From Negaprion brevirostris (lineage: Eukaryota), in assembly GCA_030324005.1 (NCBI GenBank), contig JARDVH010000163.1:95035635-95099634 (forward strand): a stretch of 64,000 bases of DNA. The letters are read 5' to 3'. Numbering within the stretch: the first letter of the stretch is position 1; every line of letters begins with the position of its first letter. Positions 63,115-64,000 of this stretch are shown piece by piece. The position numbers and the translations under genes are program-made. Below the pieces are notes generated by a model, which was given only the letters and a program-made list of their open reading frames with translations, had not been told where the DNA came from and made no database searches.

Positions 63115-63600
63115 GCTGGTGGCCCCAGGCTTCAGTTGATAAGGGACAAGTAACATTCACACCACAGAAGTGCCAGGCAATAACCATCCCCAGCAACAGA
63201 GAATCTACCCATTGCTCCTTCACATTCAATGGCATTACCATCGCTGAATCACCCACGATCAACATCCTGAGGGATACCATGCACCAGAAACTGAACTGGA
63301 CCAGCCATATAAATACCACAGCTACAACAGCAGGTCAGAGGCGAGAAATTCTGTGACAAGTAACTCACCTTCTAACTCCCCAAAAGTCATCCAGAATCTA
63401 CAAGGCGTAAGTTAGGAGCGTGATGGAATATCCAGCTGCCTGGATGAATGCGGCTCCAACAACACTCAAGAAGCTCGAAACCATCCAGGATAAAACAGCC
63501 AACCTGACTGGCACCCCACCCACAAACACTTATGCCCTCACCACTGATACTGAGTAGCAGCTTAGTAGAAACTTGAGGACAAACTCTCAAGGCTCTTCAA
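63115..63600 (+). mobile_element. CR1/L2-clade LINE RT C-terminal fragment
   Basis: QVTFTPQKCQAITI..LTFNGITIAESPTINIL..QKLNWTSHIN..WMNAAPTTLKKLETIQDK. Confidence 0.85.
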
Positions 63601-63605
63601 ACAAT

Positions 63606-64000
63606 GGCCGGAATTCTCCCAAAAATATTCTAATTGTCAAATTTGCATGAAAACTGGAGTAATTCACGCTGTTTTTTCCAGTGGGAGTTCAGAAAAGAAT
63701 CTCCCACACCCTGTGCACTACTGAGGTCACTACCATGCATATTATAAAGCTGGGGGCAGGATCCATTTCCGCTGGAGAGGCCGGCAGCATAGTGCTGAAT
63801 GGGCCACAGCACATGCGCCGATCTCAGCGCCGAGATCAGTGTGTGCCTCCTGATTGCTGACCAGCCCCACAATCCCTACATTGCCAGCTCTCCGAGCCAT
63901 CCCACAGCCTGATCGTTGGCCTGCCCCCACCCATTCCCAGGCCAGCCCCGGAACCCCCCTGCCTGGCCCACCCCGATCTCCTGCCCAGCCTTCCCTGACA
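63606..64000. mobile_element. Left end of a Harbinger-type non-autonomous element
   Basis: Starts with TIR-like GGCCGGAATTCTCCC, same family as 5432 and 15991; truncated by window end. Confidence 0.65.

Overview
Repeat-rich vertebrate DNA, almost certainly a shark or other elasmobranch, judged from HE1/V-SINEs, a DeuSINE, CR1, L2, Rex1, Penelope, Harbinger and Gypsy elements. It has several assembly gaps and no intact host gene that I can recognise. The main result comes from hand-translating the non-repeat sequence in the first 18 kb. It gives frameshifted, stop-containing but colinear motifs of a Mononegavirales (paramyxovirus-like) L polymerase over ~4700-15220 (+), split by Harbinger, Penelope and Rex1 insertions. 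Upstream lie weaker glycoprotein-like remnants (F-like, HN-like), and a nucleoprotein-like remnant follows L in the same orientation (~17100-17850). Together these suggest an old multi-gene endogenous viral element with an unusual L-then-N junction. The window also contains a decayed copy of the N-terminal part of CYHR1/ZFTRAF1 (39453-39677) and a decayed Gypsy element with both LTRs and a templated internal inversion. All protein similarities were judged by eye against remembered consensus motifs and need profile-HMM confirmation.
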